Made by a program: the position numbers and the translations under genes. Under the pieces are notes generated by a model, which saw only the letters and a program-made list of their open reading frames with translations, searched no databases and had not been told where the DNA came from. Shown in pieces: positions 30,376-41,855 of a DNA stretch of 64,000 nucleotides. Source of the DNA: a virus; the IMG/VR virus record IMGVR_UViG_3300046492_000237, positions 28,690 to 92,689 of that record; one strand, written 5' to 3'. Within the stretch, counting starts at the first letter, position 1. The number at the start of each line of letters is the position of its first letter.

Positions 30376-30912
30376 TCATTTGCTCAGTTCGATATCGGCA
30401 TCATTCCAGCCGGCCATCCACCACCCGCGAAGTACTCGGTCAAGACCGGATGGCGGTGAATTGTTCGCATTGCAGGCTCGAGCCTGCTTGCCTTCGGCGT
30501 AGGCGTCTTCTGGCTTGACCTTAACGTCACATGGCCCGGTCAGTGCAATCTCGATCCGGCGTAGAGTGACCGCTTCGGCCACTTCCAGACGAAAGGAGTC
30601 GGTCACCCTGATCGACTTCCCATGCCCGGCGATGCGCAACCACCCACCACCACCCTCCGCCCGGGCAGCTTGCGTGTAGCTCATCATCAGTGAGCGTTTC
30701 ACCAAAAGGCCGGGCGAGCAGCAGACAAAGTCAGCGGCGAACTCAGCGGCGAGGAGGCGAATCGTCATTCGAGCATGCAGATAAAGCGATCGCCCATCGA
30801 TCAGATCCGCCATGACGATGCGATCGTCTGCACGGAACCACTTGACGCTGTCGATTGAGAACTGGGTGATGGTGTCGCCGAGCCGGGCCTTTAGAGCCCT
30901 GCGCGCCGCCAT
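30376..30912 (-). CDS. LytTR-like DNA-binding domain fused to an Rmf-like C-terminal domain
   Basis: VKWFRADDRIV..DGRSL..LLAAEF..FV..LLV; AYAEG..A...P....WMAGW. Confidence 0.55.
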   Translation of the reverse strand: MAARRALKARLGDTITQFSIDSVKWFRADDRIVMADLIDGRSLYLHARMTIRLLAAEFAADFVCCSPGLLVKRSLMMSYTQAARAEGGGGWLRIAGHGKSIRVTDSFRLEVAEAVTLRRIEIALTGPCDVKVKPEDAYAEGKQARACNANNSPPSGLDRVLRGWWMAGWNDADIELSK

Positions 30913-31618
30913 TAGAGGTCATGCCCGATGGCGATCGGCTGCATGCGTTTTGCGAAGTCTTCTGGCTCACGGAAAAACAGCTTTCCACTGGCGATATCGC
31001 GGTACGCCCGACCAACCAGCCCCTTGGCCTGACCTGCACCGGTAATGGTGCCCAACACGGCATATTCACCGCCCTTGCTAACGCTGGTGAAGCGCTCAAC
31101 GCCTTGCAGGGCATCACGCTCGGCGGTCACCTTGGTCAGTGCCGCCAATGCCCACGCCATGAGGCCTGACTGATCAACTGGGCGCACGTTGCGGGCATTG
31201 CCGACCAGCCAGCTTTGCAGCTCAGCAGCTTCGGCGCTGTCGCGCTTGCGGGCTGCAATGGTGGCCTCATCGACCAGTTGATCCGGCGCCGCGGCGACCA
31301 TCTTGGCGAAGTTGCTCGCCATGTTTTCGCGGTTTCGGGCTTGGGTCTGGCAGCACTGCGGCTCGATCAAGCCAACAAATGGCGCGTTGGCCATCTCCGG
31401 AGTGGCGGTCGTTGGCAGCATTTTCCAGTGAATAGGCTTTTCCATGGTTTTCCCCTTTTTTAGATCGATGAGTGAACGAAGGCGATACCGCAAACGACCA
31501 GAATCAGCAGCGCCGAGACCCAGAGATGGGCCTTTGTTATTTCCGCTTCGTGGTGCCGCTTAGTTTGGTTGCGCATCGACTTCGCTCCTGCGTTTATGAT
31601 GCCCAAATAATAACGCCG

Positions 31619-31636
31619 TTACTCATATTTGAGCAA
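31619..31636 (-). promoter_or_regulatory. Operator overlapping a sigma70 promoter (TTGCTC-18-TATTAT)
   Basis: TTACTCATATTTGAGCAA palindrome. Confidence 0.75.
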
Positions 31637-31878
31637 CGGCGCATGTAGAACTGTTTGGAATATGCAATTAGCTATTTTCGCAATCAACCTTATTAAAACC
31701 GGGTGGCAGCGGGATTGGGCTGTACTGCTTGGAAAGGATCATCTGACGCACCTTCTCACATCCGTCCATTGTCATGCTGGGTGGCAATTCGAGTTTCTGA
31801 GTCACTACGCATTTTTCAAGTGCAGCGTTGACGCAAGCGGCGAAAATCAGGCTGATCATGGGTTGGCTTCCTTGTTGA

Positions 31879-32493
31879 TTATGGGGCGTTGCAGGCGCCG
31901 CAGTTCGGGCAGGCACCATAGTTCTGTGATTCTGTAAGGAATCGACCGCACGGCTCGCAGCGGTAGGTATAACGGGTGCGCTTGCGTTTGAATCGCTTGA
32001 TACTGGATCCGCTCAGGGCTTCGGCGAGACTCAGCTTTCCTTGATGGACCAGACGCCGGGTTTTCGTCTCGATGTAGGCCACCGGCCAGATGATTTCGTT
32101 TTCACTCAGGTGGTTGGCGTGCTCGAGTGAAATGCGGTGCGCCTGCTCGAGCCTTGGAGATGTGCCGATTGGCCACCGCGCCCAGATCAGATCGTTGCCG
32201 TTCCACTCACCCTTGACTTGCACCACACACTGGCAGCCTTCGACCAGCATCGGCGCAGCCTCTTCGGCGCGCACATACTGGCAGTCGACGCCGAGGTGTG
32301 CGCGCTGGTCGATGTAGGCCTTCGGCCAAGGAATGTCATCGCCGCAGCGATCTTCGTGCAGCTTCTGCGCGCGATCGCGGGTGAATACCTCAGCCTTGTC
32401 CAGATCGGTGCAGTAACCGCCGCCCAGCGCCCAGAACATAAGGCCGTCGCCGGTATTGCCGTGCGGGCTCTGCAGGTAAAATTCGTCAATCAT
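31879..32493 (-). CDS. Conserved phage protein with C-terminal zinc ribbon
   Basis: FYLQ..G..LMFW..GGY.TDL.KA; CEPCG..CPNCG. Confidence 0.7.
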   Translation of the reverse strand: MIDEFYLQSPHGNTGDGLMFWALGGGYCTDLDKAEVFTRDRAQKLHEDRCGDDIPWPKAYIDQRAHLGVDCQYVRAEEAAPMLVEGCQCVVQVKGEWNGNDLIWARWPIGTSPRLEQAHRISLEHANHLSENEIIWPVAYIETKTRRLVHQGKLSLAEALSGSSIKRFKRKRTRYTYRCEPCGRFLTESQNYGACPNCGACNAP

Positions 32494-34658
32494 TGAGCCA
32501 CCTCAACGGGCGCCTGCTCGATCGCCGTACCCAGCGCCTTCATCGCCATAATCGCCTTGGCGGCGTGGTTGATCATGTAGAGGTTGCCGTAGACGCTTTC
32601 GCGCACTTTCTCAACGCTCTCGTTGTCGACTTCAGCCATGTGCAGGTCATCACCGACTTCCTGCACGAATATCATGGCGGCCTCGGTGTATTCGATATCC
32701 TCGGCCTCCTGCATCATGTCGTAGAGGTTCGTCCAGCTCAGGTCAACTTCGTGCTCGCGCATCGAGTCGACAAAGGCCATGACCGCAGCGTAGATCTCAC
32801 GGGACTGAAGGTCGGTGTTGTTGACCCACTCCGGCCACTTCTCCATTTCCTCATCAGACGAGATTTCAACGATCCGTGAGCAGGCGCCGCTAACCACCTG
32901 ATCGCGCCAGCGATCCTGATCGAACTCGACCTCTTTGCACTTCGAGTCCAGCTTGCTGTGGATGTAATACTGGACGTCGTTCCCCGCCAGAAACTCCATC
33001 CCGTAATGGCTGCCGACCACAAAGGACATGTTTTCGATATCACCGACGACGCTGATTCCGAAGCGGGTGATCAGGATGTCGAAGGCATAAAAGGTGCTGC
33101 GCGGATCCTTGCAGCGCCACGCCTCGACCAGCCCTGTCGAGATCTGGGTGTAGCGGTGGTCAAACAGGTTTTCAGCAGCGCGGGCCTTGTAGCGATCTTC
33201 GGTCGCCTTGCGTTCGGCGATGTATTCCGCATGTGATTTTTCAGTGTTCATCAGCAATCCCAGTTCAGGCCTTCGTAATATTCTGGAGTACCGCAGTTCG
33301 TGTCTTCGATCGGCGCCTCACCGGCGGCGACCAGTTCATCGACCTTTTCCTTTGCCGCCTTGGCGGTGGCCAGTGCGTATTCGAGGTGCCGCAGATGGCG
33401 AACCTTGCGTTGCTGGAAGGAATGCAGCGCCTGCTTGCGATCGGCATAGCAGCGCTGAATCCGGGAAGGATCTTTGCTGACCTTGCGGCGCTGTTTCATC
33501 AGCCACTTCTCACCGAAAACATGCGCGTTATCAGCTTCGTATTTACTGGCCACGTACCAATAGAACGGCGTCTGACCGACCACCACGAACGTGTCGCAGA
33601 CCAGCGTGACGCCGTCCGGGCCGCCCTCGGCGCGATAGCGATAGTGGTCTGGTCCAATTTTCACTTTTGTATTCATGCGAATTGTTCCTCGGCTTCCCGC
33701 TGCGCGGCCTTGTATTTTTTGAGGGCTTCCTTGTAGCTGGCCTTCGCGGCCTTTTGAGTCGGTGCCCATTCGCCTTCGACGTCGCGTCCGTAGTAGCTGG
33801 CATGGCTCGATCGATACATACGGTATGAGTAGCCATTGCTCCAGCTGCCGCGATGTTCGAACTTCGGCTTGTTGATCCCAAGCCACTCATGGAAGTAGAG
33901 GCCGCAGTCGTCATGCTGGAACTTGTCATAGTTCGACCGGCGCGGTGGCTTCGGCAGCTTCTCGGTCAGTTCGCCATAGACGATGCCATCGGTTGGGTGA
34001 TGCGGGCGCGGACGGCGCTTCGGATCATCGTCAAGCACCACGCCGATATAGGCGTTGATGGCGGACATGATGATACCGGGCTTGCCGTAGGCCACCACGC
34101 GGCGGCCAACCACGGCTGGCACCGCGTAATATTCGCGGATGTAGGACAGGCTCATTTGACTGGAGCCAGACCGGCCGCCGCGAAGGCTTCATTGACCTTA
34201 GCGTTCAGCGTGTCACGGGTGATGGTCTGGACTTTGTAGTCAACCATTTTCTGGATACTCGGTTCCATACCGTCTTGCCACTTGGTCAGCCGCTCCTCGA
34301 TCAGCTCGACCATTCTGGTTTCAACGTGATCCTTGAATACCTGCTCAACCTTCGCCTTGATGGCGACGGCCAAACCGCCACCCTCACGAACCTCCAGAAC
34401 CTTCTGCCAGCCTTTCCGCTCGAACAGTAATGCCATGATGCCTTCGGCATCTATTTGCTTGGTGGCTTCGTCGACTTGAGCTTTGAGCACGCCAGTGACT
34501 TGCTCGGTCAGCTGGCCCTTAACGAATTTGCCGGCGGCCTCGGCCAGTACAGCGGATTGCAGCTGGACGCGGGCCTCGGTGCCTTCAGGAAACAGCGCGT
34601 TCAATGCCGAGGTGTTCAGTCGCAGGATTACTTGTTCGCCAATGTTCATGTGGATTCC

Positions 34659-34817
34659 TCAGTTAAGGTGCCAGCCATTGCAATACTTGCAGCGCGGGCA
34701 AACGGTTTTTGATACGTGAGTGCGGCGGTAGATCTGTTCCACTGCAGCGCGCGCCGTCTCGGCCGAAGTGAAACGGCGGCGCGGGTGGCACAGCGGCTTT
34801 TCTTTGACTTCGGCCAT
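34659..34817 (-). CDS. Small zinc-finger protein (52 aa, not in the ORF track)
   Basis: MAEVKEKPLCHP..CKYCNGWHLN; GGAG Shine-Dalgarno. Confidence 0.6.
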   Translation of the reverse strand: MAEVKEKPLCHPRRRFTSAETARAAVEQIYRRTHVSKTVCPRCKYCNGWHLN

Positions 34818-34826
34818 GATGGCTCC

Positions 34827-35372
34827 TTATGCGTAGTCTTCGGCGTCGAAGGATTTCATCGCGGCATCGAAGCCGTCAGGATCCTTTTCGGTTAAGCTGT
34901 AATCAGCGACAAGATCAGACCCTTCGCCAAGAATCATCAGGATGCGATGGCTGTTCCCGGCTGCGTTGCTGACCTCGATGCGAACCTCGTCGAGGTTGAA
35001 AATCAGCTCCATCGCCGATTTGGCATCAGAAACTTTGGTTTCTTCGTCGCCATCGTCGATCGCGGTGACCTTCCAGCCGTTGAATTCGAGCCACGCCAGC
35101 AGGTTGGCAACGATGCGGCGCTCCATCTTTGCGCTGTAGTGCATCTCACGCCCCTTGTAGAGCAGCGCATCGATTTCCAGATCTGGCGGCTCGACCGGCA
35201 TGAACACGGTCGGCGCCGAGAATTCAAGAGCAGCGCGCGCCTTGTCTGCCAGCGCGGTGTTGCCGGTGGCGTCGTGCAGCGGGATCAGCAGCGCGATCAT
35301 GGCGCTCAACTGGTTGCGCTGGGCAATCACAGTGGCAAGTTCGGCCTTGAGGTTTTTTTCGGTAGTGGACAT
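34827..35372 (-). CDS. Hypothetical protein with acidic C-terminal domain
   Basis: GAGG Shine-Dalgarno before the ATG at 35372. Confidence 0.65.
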   Translation of the reverse strand: MSTTEKNLKAELATVIAQRNQLSAMIALLIPLHDATGNTALADKARAALEFSAPTVFMPVEPPDLEIDALLYKGREMHYSAKMERRIVANLLAWLEFNGWKVTAIDDGDEETKVSDAKSAMELIFNLDEVRIEVSNAAGNSHRILMILGEGSDLVADYSLTEKDPDGFDAAMKSFDAEDYA

Positions 35373-35400
35373 GGTTGAATCCTCGGATTGGTGCAGGCTC

Positions 35401-35432
35401 TGGTACCGGAAAAGCCCCAATTAAGGGGCTTG
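35401..35432 (-). repeat. Hairpin plus CCGGTACCA element, copy 1
   Basis: AGCCCC-TTAATT-GGGGCT-TTT-CCGGTACCA. Confidence 0.75.
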
Positions 35433-35588
35433 TGTTTCGAGGACTTCAACGAGTTCGTAACCGTCATCGAAGCCTTCCGCGTAGTGCTCGAAGCGCTCGA
35501 CCGCTTCGCCATCGCTCTCTGCGTCGCAGTAGAAACGTCGGGCCACTTGGCTGTCGCCAACGGTGTAAATGATCGTATAGCCTTGCAT
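35421..35588 (-). CDS. Small acidic protein (55 aa, not in the ORF track)
   Basis: MQGYTIIYTVGDSQ..AEGFDDGYELVEVLETQAP; stop codon lies in the hairpin loop. Confidence 0.6.
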   Translation of the reverse strand: MQGYTIIYTVGDSQVARRFYCDAESDGEAVERFEHYAEGFDDGYELVEVLETQAP

Positions 35589-35837
35589 TTCGAACCCCTT
35601 AAATCGCTTCGTCTTCGATGATTTCCATGAACAACTTCACGGCCGGCTCTTTTTCCTCGAACGAGCCCTGCATGAAGTCATTGCGCAGAACCGCGTAACG
35701 ACCAGTGCTTTCAATCTGGCAGAGCCGAACGGCGATGGTGCGCGTCTCGAGCGACACCGCGACCTCAGCGATAACGATCGCAGTGTCGGCAAGGTTGATT
35801 TTGATCTGGTCGCGTTTCATGGTGCGGCTCCTTTGGC

Positions 35838-35868
35838 TGGTACCGGCTTGGCCCCAATCAAGGGGCCG
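35838..35868 (-). repeat. Hairpin plus CCGGTACCA element, copy 2
   Basis: GGCCCC-TTGATT-GGGGCC-AAG-CCGGTACCA. Confidence 0.75.
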
Positions 35869-36275
35869 TTGCATCAGAAGTTGTAGTCGTGGAATTTGCA
35901 GGGCTTGTCGCTCATGCGGTGCATGCCGTAGGCAGATTTCCAAGTCATGCAGCGGTTCGAGTGCGATGGCTTGACCCGGCGCATGCGGATGACCGGCGCG
36001 CTTTCGTCCTGCTCGTAAATCCATTTCTGGGTGTGCTGGTTGTGGCAGTGGCCTGCAAAGCCGCCCGGCGTGATTTCCGGTTTCCAGTCAGGCGAAAGAG
36101 TGGCCTTCATCTTGCGGATCTCAACGGTGGTTTCCGAGATCGCGCGGATCACTTCGTAGGGTTCGATATCGGTGTGCAGGACGAGGTTGGCGTAGGCTTC
36201 GATGCGTGGAGTGGCTGCAGGCTTGGTCATGGTTGGAACTCCGTGTTCGTGTTTGATGGAGCAATAATAGCCGCA

Positions 36276-36293
36276 TTACTCAAATTTGATCAA
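36276..36293 (-). promoter_or_regulatory. Operator overlapping a sigma70 promoter (TTGATC-18-TATTAT)
   Basis: TTACTCAAATTTGATCAA. Confidence 0.75.
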
Positions 36294-37028
36294 TACCTTT
36301 TTTCGCTTTTTATGAAATTTCTTTCGTTCATCACCGGACTGGAGCAGCGTCGCCTGATACGCCAGCGCCAGCTCAAGATTGGCGGCCTTCTGCTCGGGGG
36401 TATCGGTATCGGTCTTCAGTTCACGCAGACGCTCGCTCGCCATGAATCCGCGCTTGGTCAGCGTGTAGCCGGACCCACCGCAGCCCCGGCACTTGATATC
36501 GGCATGACGACCAAAACCCCGGCATTGTCTGCAAGGGTTGTGTTCGAAGGCTGGCTTGGCCATCAGTAGTTGTACGAGACGCGGGTTTTCACCGAGAACT
36601 CACCGCGCCCGGTCGGCCACGCATCTGCATAAACGCTGGCGCAGCCGCAGCAGTCGTGTTCGTGGTGGCAGCCGTAGCTGCTGTAGTGATCCTCGATCGC
36701 GCGGCGTAACCAATGGGAGAAAGTCGTCGGGATCGATGTCTGGTTGCGGTTACCGTTCGCGCGGTTGCGGCGGTATGACTTCCGGGCTTCCAGCATCTGG
36801 GTAGCGGTCAGCGACACCACGAAAGCCCGGGTCAGGCCTTCGGATGGATCCTCGCCGTCTGGCGTGTTGATGGTGTAGGGGCCAGTTGCACGGGCGTTGC
36901 ACACTGGCGCCCACTGGTCGAGGTGCTGGCAAGAGCCAACATAGCTGCGAGTGATGCGGGTTTCGATACGGATAGGCGTTTTCATGAGGTTGCTCCATTT
37001 CATGTTCAATGGAGCAATCATATACCCA

Positions 37029-37046
37029 TTACTCAAATATGAGCAA
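37029..37046 (-). promoter_or_regulatory. Operator overlapping a sigma70 promoter (TTGCTC-18-TATGAT)
   Basis: TTACTCAAATATGAGCAA. Confidence 0.75.
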
Positions 37047-38178
37047 GCACATTCGTTCGCAACTTATCTTCGAACTTTTCATTTCCCGATTCTGCGAGTT
37101 CGGCGCGCAACCGAGCAATCTCCAGCTGCAGTGCGTCATCGCCGTTGATGACCTCGCCGTGCAGGTCAATCGCGCTGCGCAGTGAGATCTTGGCGATGGT
37201 CCCGGCCTTCATGTTCTCAAACACAAGGCGCGGATCTGCAATCACCTTTTGGATGGCGGCGCCCTGCTCCAGCATCGACACCATGTCGCTCATCACCATC
37301 AACAGCTGCGGGCCAGTCAACGGCATATCCGGGTTGATGATGCCGCACTCGATCGCGGCTTTCCCGATCGCGGCAGCGAGGATGTTCCTCTCATCAAGGA
37401 TGCAGGCCAGATGATCTAGCACGACGTCATCGGCATAGGCGTTTCGGGCTGGCAGCCATTTTGGCGCGCCGGGCAGCAGCTGGTCTTCTACGAAAAACTC
37501 CCAGCAGCTGTTATCCGGGCGCTTTGGCCCACGGCGGAACAAGACGCCGGGGAACAGCTCGACTGTCGGGATTGGCTCGAATTCAATATGGTCAATGCTC
37601 GAGCCGAGCTGCGTGATCATCACCGCTTTGCACTCATCGCACAGCGCCATTGAACCCAGCTGGCCATCGCCGATCAGTGGCGTCACCTCTTTGGCGATGA
37701 CGGTTGGAGCTCGAGAGCATTGCTCCATTTTTCGCCCACCGCCGAGCGTGAACGCGTTCTGCCCGGTTGGCAGCAGCGCCTGACAGCGATCGAGGGTTGG
37801 GGGAATCAGTGGTTCAGTCATGATTTTGCTCCTGTCGTGCGCGGATTTTATCGGCTCGCTCCATCAGCTGGGCCAGCGCCTTGTGAAACTGCATCCCGGT
37901 GCTGATGCAGGTGAATTTAGTGACTCTGTCACCGAGTGCTACCAGCGCCTCCGCAGGATCGCAGATGCGGAAGCAGCGATCGCGTCCGGGCCAGACTACC
38001 GGCAGCCATTTTTCGCCGGTGTAGTGCGTGGCTTCCAAGTACCAGCCCGGACCAAAGCGATACTGGAACTCATAAGAGGCGCTTTCGAGGCTCAACTCGA
38101 TCGGCTTGACCTCGAACCAGTCGAGAACTATGTCGTGGCGGTTGACGATCGCGGTTTTCGGTTTCTCGGTGCTCATGC

Positions 38179-38382
38179 TCACAGCCCGTGGTTGGTCGAT
38201 TTGAAATGGTGAGTGCAGAAGACGCTCGCCACGCCTCCGTCGTAGGTGTAAACCTGCCGCCATGGCAAGCCGACCTGTTCGCACTTCATCGCCTCGGCAA
38301 TGATCGCGTCGTTGGTCATGTGCGTCGGGCCGGCGCAGCCGCTCAGGGCGAGCAGGGTCAGCAGTGCGATCAGGGTTTTCAT
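38179..38382 (-). CDS. Small lipoprotein
   Basis: MKTLIALLTLLALSG-C lipobox; two further Cys. Confidence 0.7.
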   Translation of the reverse strand: MKTLIALLTLLALSGCAGPTHMTNDAIIAEAMKCEQVGLPWRQVYTYDGGVASVFCTHHFKSTNHGL

Positions 38383-39607
38383 GGTGACGCTCCTTACTGG
38401 GTGGGTTGCGTGCGTTGCGATTCCAGCGAGGCTTGGCAGGCCCGGTGGCGGACTTCGTCAATCTCGAACGCCGGGCGCAGGTCGGTGGGCAGACGCTCGC
38501 CGGTGCTGACCAGCCGGTTGATTTCGGCAACGAGCGCCTTGGTGTCGAGCAGACGCTCGAACTTTCGGCCAATGATCGGCACGGATCCGTGCTCCGGGAG
38601 ATCTGCGCCATGTTCAAACAGCGTCCAGCCGATAGTGTTTCGGCCAATGGCGTGAAAGAATCGGCCACCCAGCACCGTCGAGCGCTCGCGGCTGCCGTGG
38701 ATGGTGAACAGCATCTTGCCGGACGTGATCTGCTTGTATGGCTTGCCCGGGTTACCGCAGGCGATGCAGTTCTTGCTTTTCGGGTTGATCAGGGCGCAGC
38801 GCGAGCACTGGACGAAGTCCCAGCGCACCTTGCCGTTGGTTTCAGTTCCCATCTTTCGATTCCTGCTGCGAGGCCACGAACTCAGCCAGCAGCTGCTGAC
38901 GCTCGGCTTCGGCCTTCTTACTGTCGATGCCGAAAAACTCGGCGATGAATTCAAGCTTGCCGCGCGGGCGGGTGGCCACATGGAGGCTATCGGTGCCTTC
39001 GTGGTATTGAGCCAGAATGATGCCCTGTTCCTGCAGCCACTCCAGAAACTCGCCGATCTTCTGGCTGCCAGCGGCCTTGGCTTCGACTTCCTTGGCCAGC
39101 TCAGGGAAGCGCGGTTCGCAGGTGCTGTAGTGGGTGACTGGAATCGGCTCAATTACGCCGCCGGCCAGATGTTTTGCGCGCCCCCAGTTGAGGTCACCTG
39201 CACGGGCTTCATTCTTGAAGCCATCAGACCATTCAACGATGACGCGATCGTTCTTGTCGACCGGGTAGACGCCATGATCAGCGGTGTTTTCGTGGCGAGT
39301 CCAGACCATCTGCTCACCCTTCAGCGCGTGAAAGCGTTCGTTCTTCATTGCTGGTGTTCCTGTTCAAGTTGATCACGGATGATGCGGGCCGAGCGGGCGA
39401 GGTAGTAGGACGCGGCTTTCTGCCAGCCAATCCAACTGTCGTCGGTGCCACGGTCGAAGTAGTGCGAGAACTGGCCGTTTACCTTCACGGCGCCGAGCGG
39501 CCAGCCCTCGGATTTTGCGTAGGCCTCGAAGTCGGTGCGCGAGCTGCACATCAGCTCAATGATTTGCGGCGGCTTGTGCGACGGGATCAGGCGTGGAGTG
39601 GTGGCCA

Positions 39608-40666
39608 TCAGTTCGCTTCCCATCCGGATGCAGCGGCGATATCTGCCGGGATCTGGACTACGGCGCCGAGCTTCGACATAACGACCGCACGGCACACGGC
39701 GAGGAGAACGGTTTCGCAGCCATCCTGATCGGCGGTGGGCGCGCCATCATCACCGTAGATTTCAGCGTCCCAGCCGAAAGGCTCAACGTCTTTAACCGGT
39801 GCAGACAGCCAGACATGGTACTTTTCGATCAGCGGGCCGCCGATTTCCCAGTCGAGCGGATCCCAGCAGCCATGGTCATCAGTCCACATGTTCTGAATGC
39901 CGGGGCCGTCCTCGAGCCAGCACCAGCGCAGCTGATCAGCCAAACCCTCGGCACTGGCCACCGCGTAACGCAGCGCCGGGCCGGTCAGTTTGGATGTGCG
40001 CATCGAGACCATTTCAACGGGCTCAGGTTGCGGTGCTTTGTCTCGAACGGTATCCGGCATGCCGAGGCGTAGCACGTTGCCCGCCACGTCGAGAATCATG
40101 GCGAACGGCTTCTTGCTGCGAGCGATATCCATCACGCGCTGATCACGGGTGCGGTTCGCCAGCCGGGTCTCGTATTCCGGGCGGCTCTCGCCTTCGCGAC
40201 GCGGCTCCGGAGCAGGGGTAACGGCGGCAGACACGAACCGGCCGAACATGGTGTGGCTCGCGGTCGGCTTGGCTACGATAACGACCTCGACTTCGGGCAA
40301 CTTGGTATCCAGAAGGACTTGGCAGGTGGTCAGCACCATCAGCGAGCCATGCTGGAAACGCTCGATGTTCACGTCGCGCTCGGCGCGGTTCTGGCTGGCC
40401 AGCACGGCGGCGGCTGGAACTCCGGCGTTGGTGAATTCTGCGGCGACCATTTCGCAATGCTCGGCTGTGTTGCAAAACACGATAGCGCGCTTGCCGTTGG
40501 AATACTTGAGGTACGGGGCAACAATTCTCTGGGCGATGCCGACGCCCGGCGGCACATCATCAAGGTTGATAGGCGATGCCATGTATTTAACCGGGGTCAG
40601 ATAGCCCTGATCGATCAGAGCGGCCATGGTGACGGATTCGAGTGGTTCAACGCGGGCCTTGGTCAT
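39608..40666 (-). CDS. Helicase C-terminal (RecA2) domain fused to a NinX/DUF2591-like domain
   Basis: LIDQGYL, AIVFC....H, ILDVAGNVLRLG.P; LTGPALRYAVA..DW..GGPLIEK..CRAVV.SKLG; AAGGAG before the ATG at 40666. Confidence 0.65.
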   Translation of the reverse strand: MTKARVEPLESVTMAALIDQGYLTPVKYMASPINLDDVPPGVGIAQRIVAPYLKYSNGKRAIVFCNTAEHCEMVAAEFTNAGVPAAAVLASQNRAERDVNIERFQHGSLMVLTTCQVLLDTKLPEVEVVIVAKPTASHTMFGRFVSAAVTPAPEPRREGESRPEYETRLANRTRDQRVMDIARSKKPFAMILDVAGNVLRLGMPDTVRDKAPQPEPVEMVSMRTSKLTGPALRYAVASAEGLADQLRWCWLEDGPGIQNMWTDDHGCWDPLDWEIGGPLIEKYHVWLSAPVKDVEPFGWDAEIYGDDGAPTADQDGCETVLLAVCRAVVMSKLGAVVQIPADIAAASGWEAN

Positions 40667-41562
40667 TTCGATGCTCCTTGAATTTGGACTGGTGCGCCGC
40701 CTTCGACGCGAACGGTGTTGCGAACCACGGTCAGGATGCTGCGATCGCTGAAGTAGTAGCGATCCTTGTCGGCGCGGTGGTCGCGGGTCATGTGTGAGCA
40801 CTGGGCCTGCGCGGCGCGGCGGACTTTGCCGGCGGTTTGGTGCTCGCGGTTGATTTTGTTCGCAGTGCTCACAGTTGAGCCTCGCTGCCGTCGGAGTTGC
40901 GGAAAGTCAGCACGACAGCATCGCCATTCGCGTCTACGGATGGTGTTTCGATTCCGCCTGTCAGCAACGCGGTGTTGATTGGGCCACCGATGTTTAGCGG
41001 AACGCCGAAGTACTTTGCCAGCATCGCCGTGGTCATCATCGACGCGCCTTCCCCCGCGCCCCCTTCCCGGGTAAGAAGCGGCAGCGAATCGGGCGACCAC
41101 TGGATAACTTCCCGTGCAGGTGACTGACGCTTGCTGCGACCGAGGCACTGGACATGCAAGGTCGGCGACTGGATCGGGCGAACATCACGGTGGCAGAAGT
41201 GGCGACCATAGACGCTCATGCCCAGCACCGAACCATCAGGCCGGCGGTAAACGGTGGCGCCGATCGAATTCTGGTAGGAAGCGATCAACATGCCGGCCTT
41301 GGTGTGGCCGATGATCAGGCGGTCGAGTTCGAGCTGGGTGATCTCGCAGATGAAGCCAGCGGAAAGCGCGGTCTTGCGTTTGATCATGCCCCAAGCCTCG
41401 GCCGGGAACATCAGGCCATCACCGGCGTCAACGTATTCCTGCGCGATGGATGCGGCCGGCTTGTTGGCGAGGGCCAGCGCGCCGCTGATGTCCTGCAGTT
41501 CGTTGATCAGGTCGCTGACTGGTGCGGCGATATCGACTGGCTTCATGGTGATGCTCCCTTGT

Positions 41563-41594
41563 TGGTACCGGTTAACCCCCAGTTAAGGGGGTTG
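41563..41594 (-). repeat. Hairpin plus CCGGTACCA element, copy 3
   Basis: AACCCCC-TTAACT-GGGGGTT-AA-CCGGTACCA. Confidence 0.75.
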
Positions 41595-41837
41595 AGGTGG
41601 GCGGGGTTGGTTAGGTGCGCGAGACTTCGACTGAGTGAACCATTTCTGACTTTTCACCAACACTTCCAGCAATTTCAGAATCTTTGAAAAAGGCGGTGAA
41701 CGCCCGCTCTACCGAAAGAGCAAAACCACCGGTATTCGTTGGAAAAGTAAAAATTGCCTTTCCTTTTGCATCCTTGAAAATTACTTGCTTCATGGCTCTG
41801 CTCCGTTGTGCGTTTCAATGGAGTGATTGTAGGCGCA

Positions 41838-41855
41838 TTAATCAAATATGAGCAA
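41838..41855 (-). promoter_or_regulatory. Operator overlapping a sigma70 promoter (TTGCTC-18-TACAAT)
   Basis: TTAATCAAATATGAGCAA. Confidence 0.75.
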
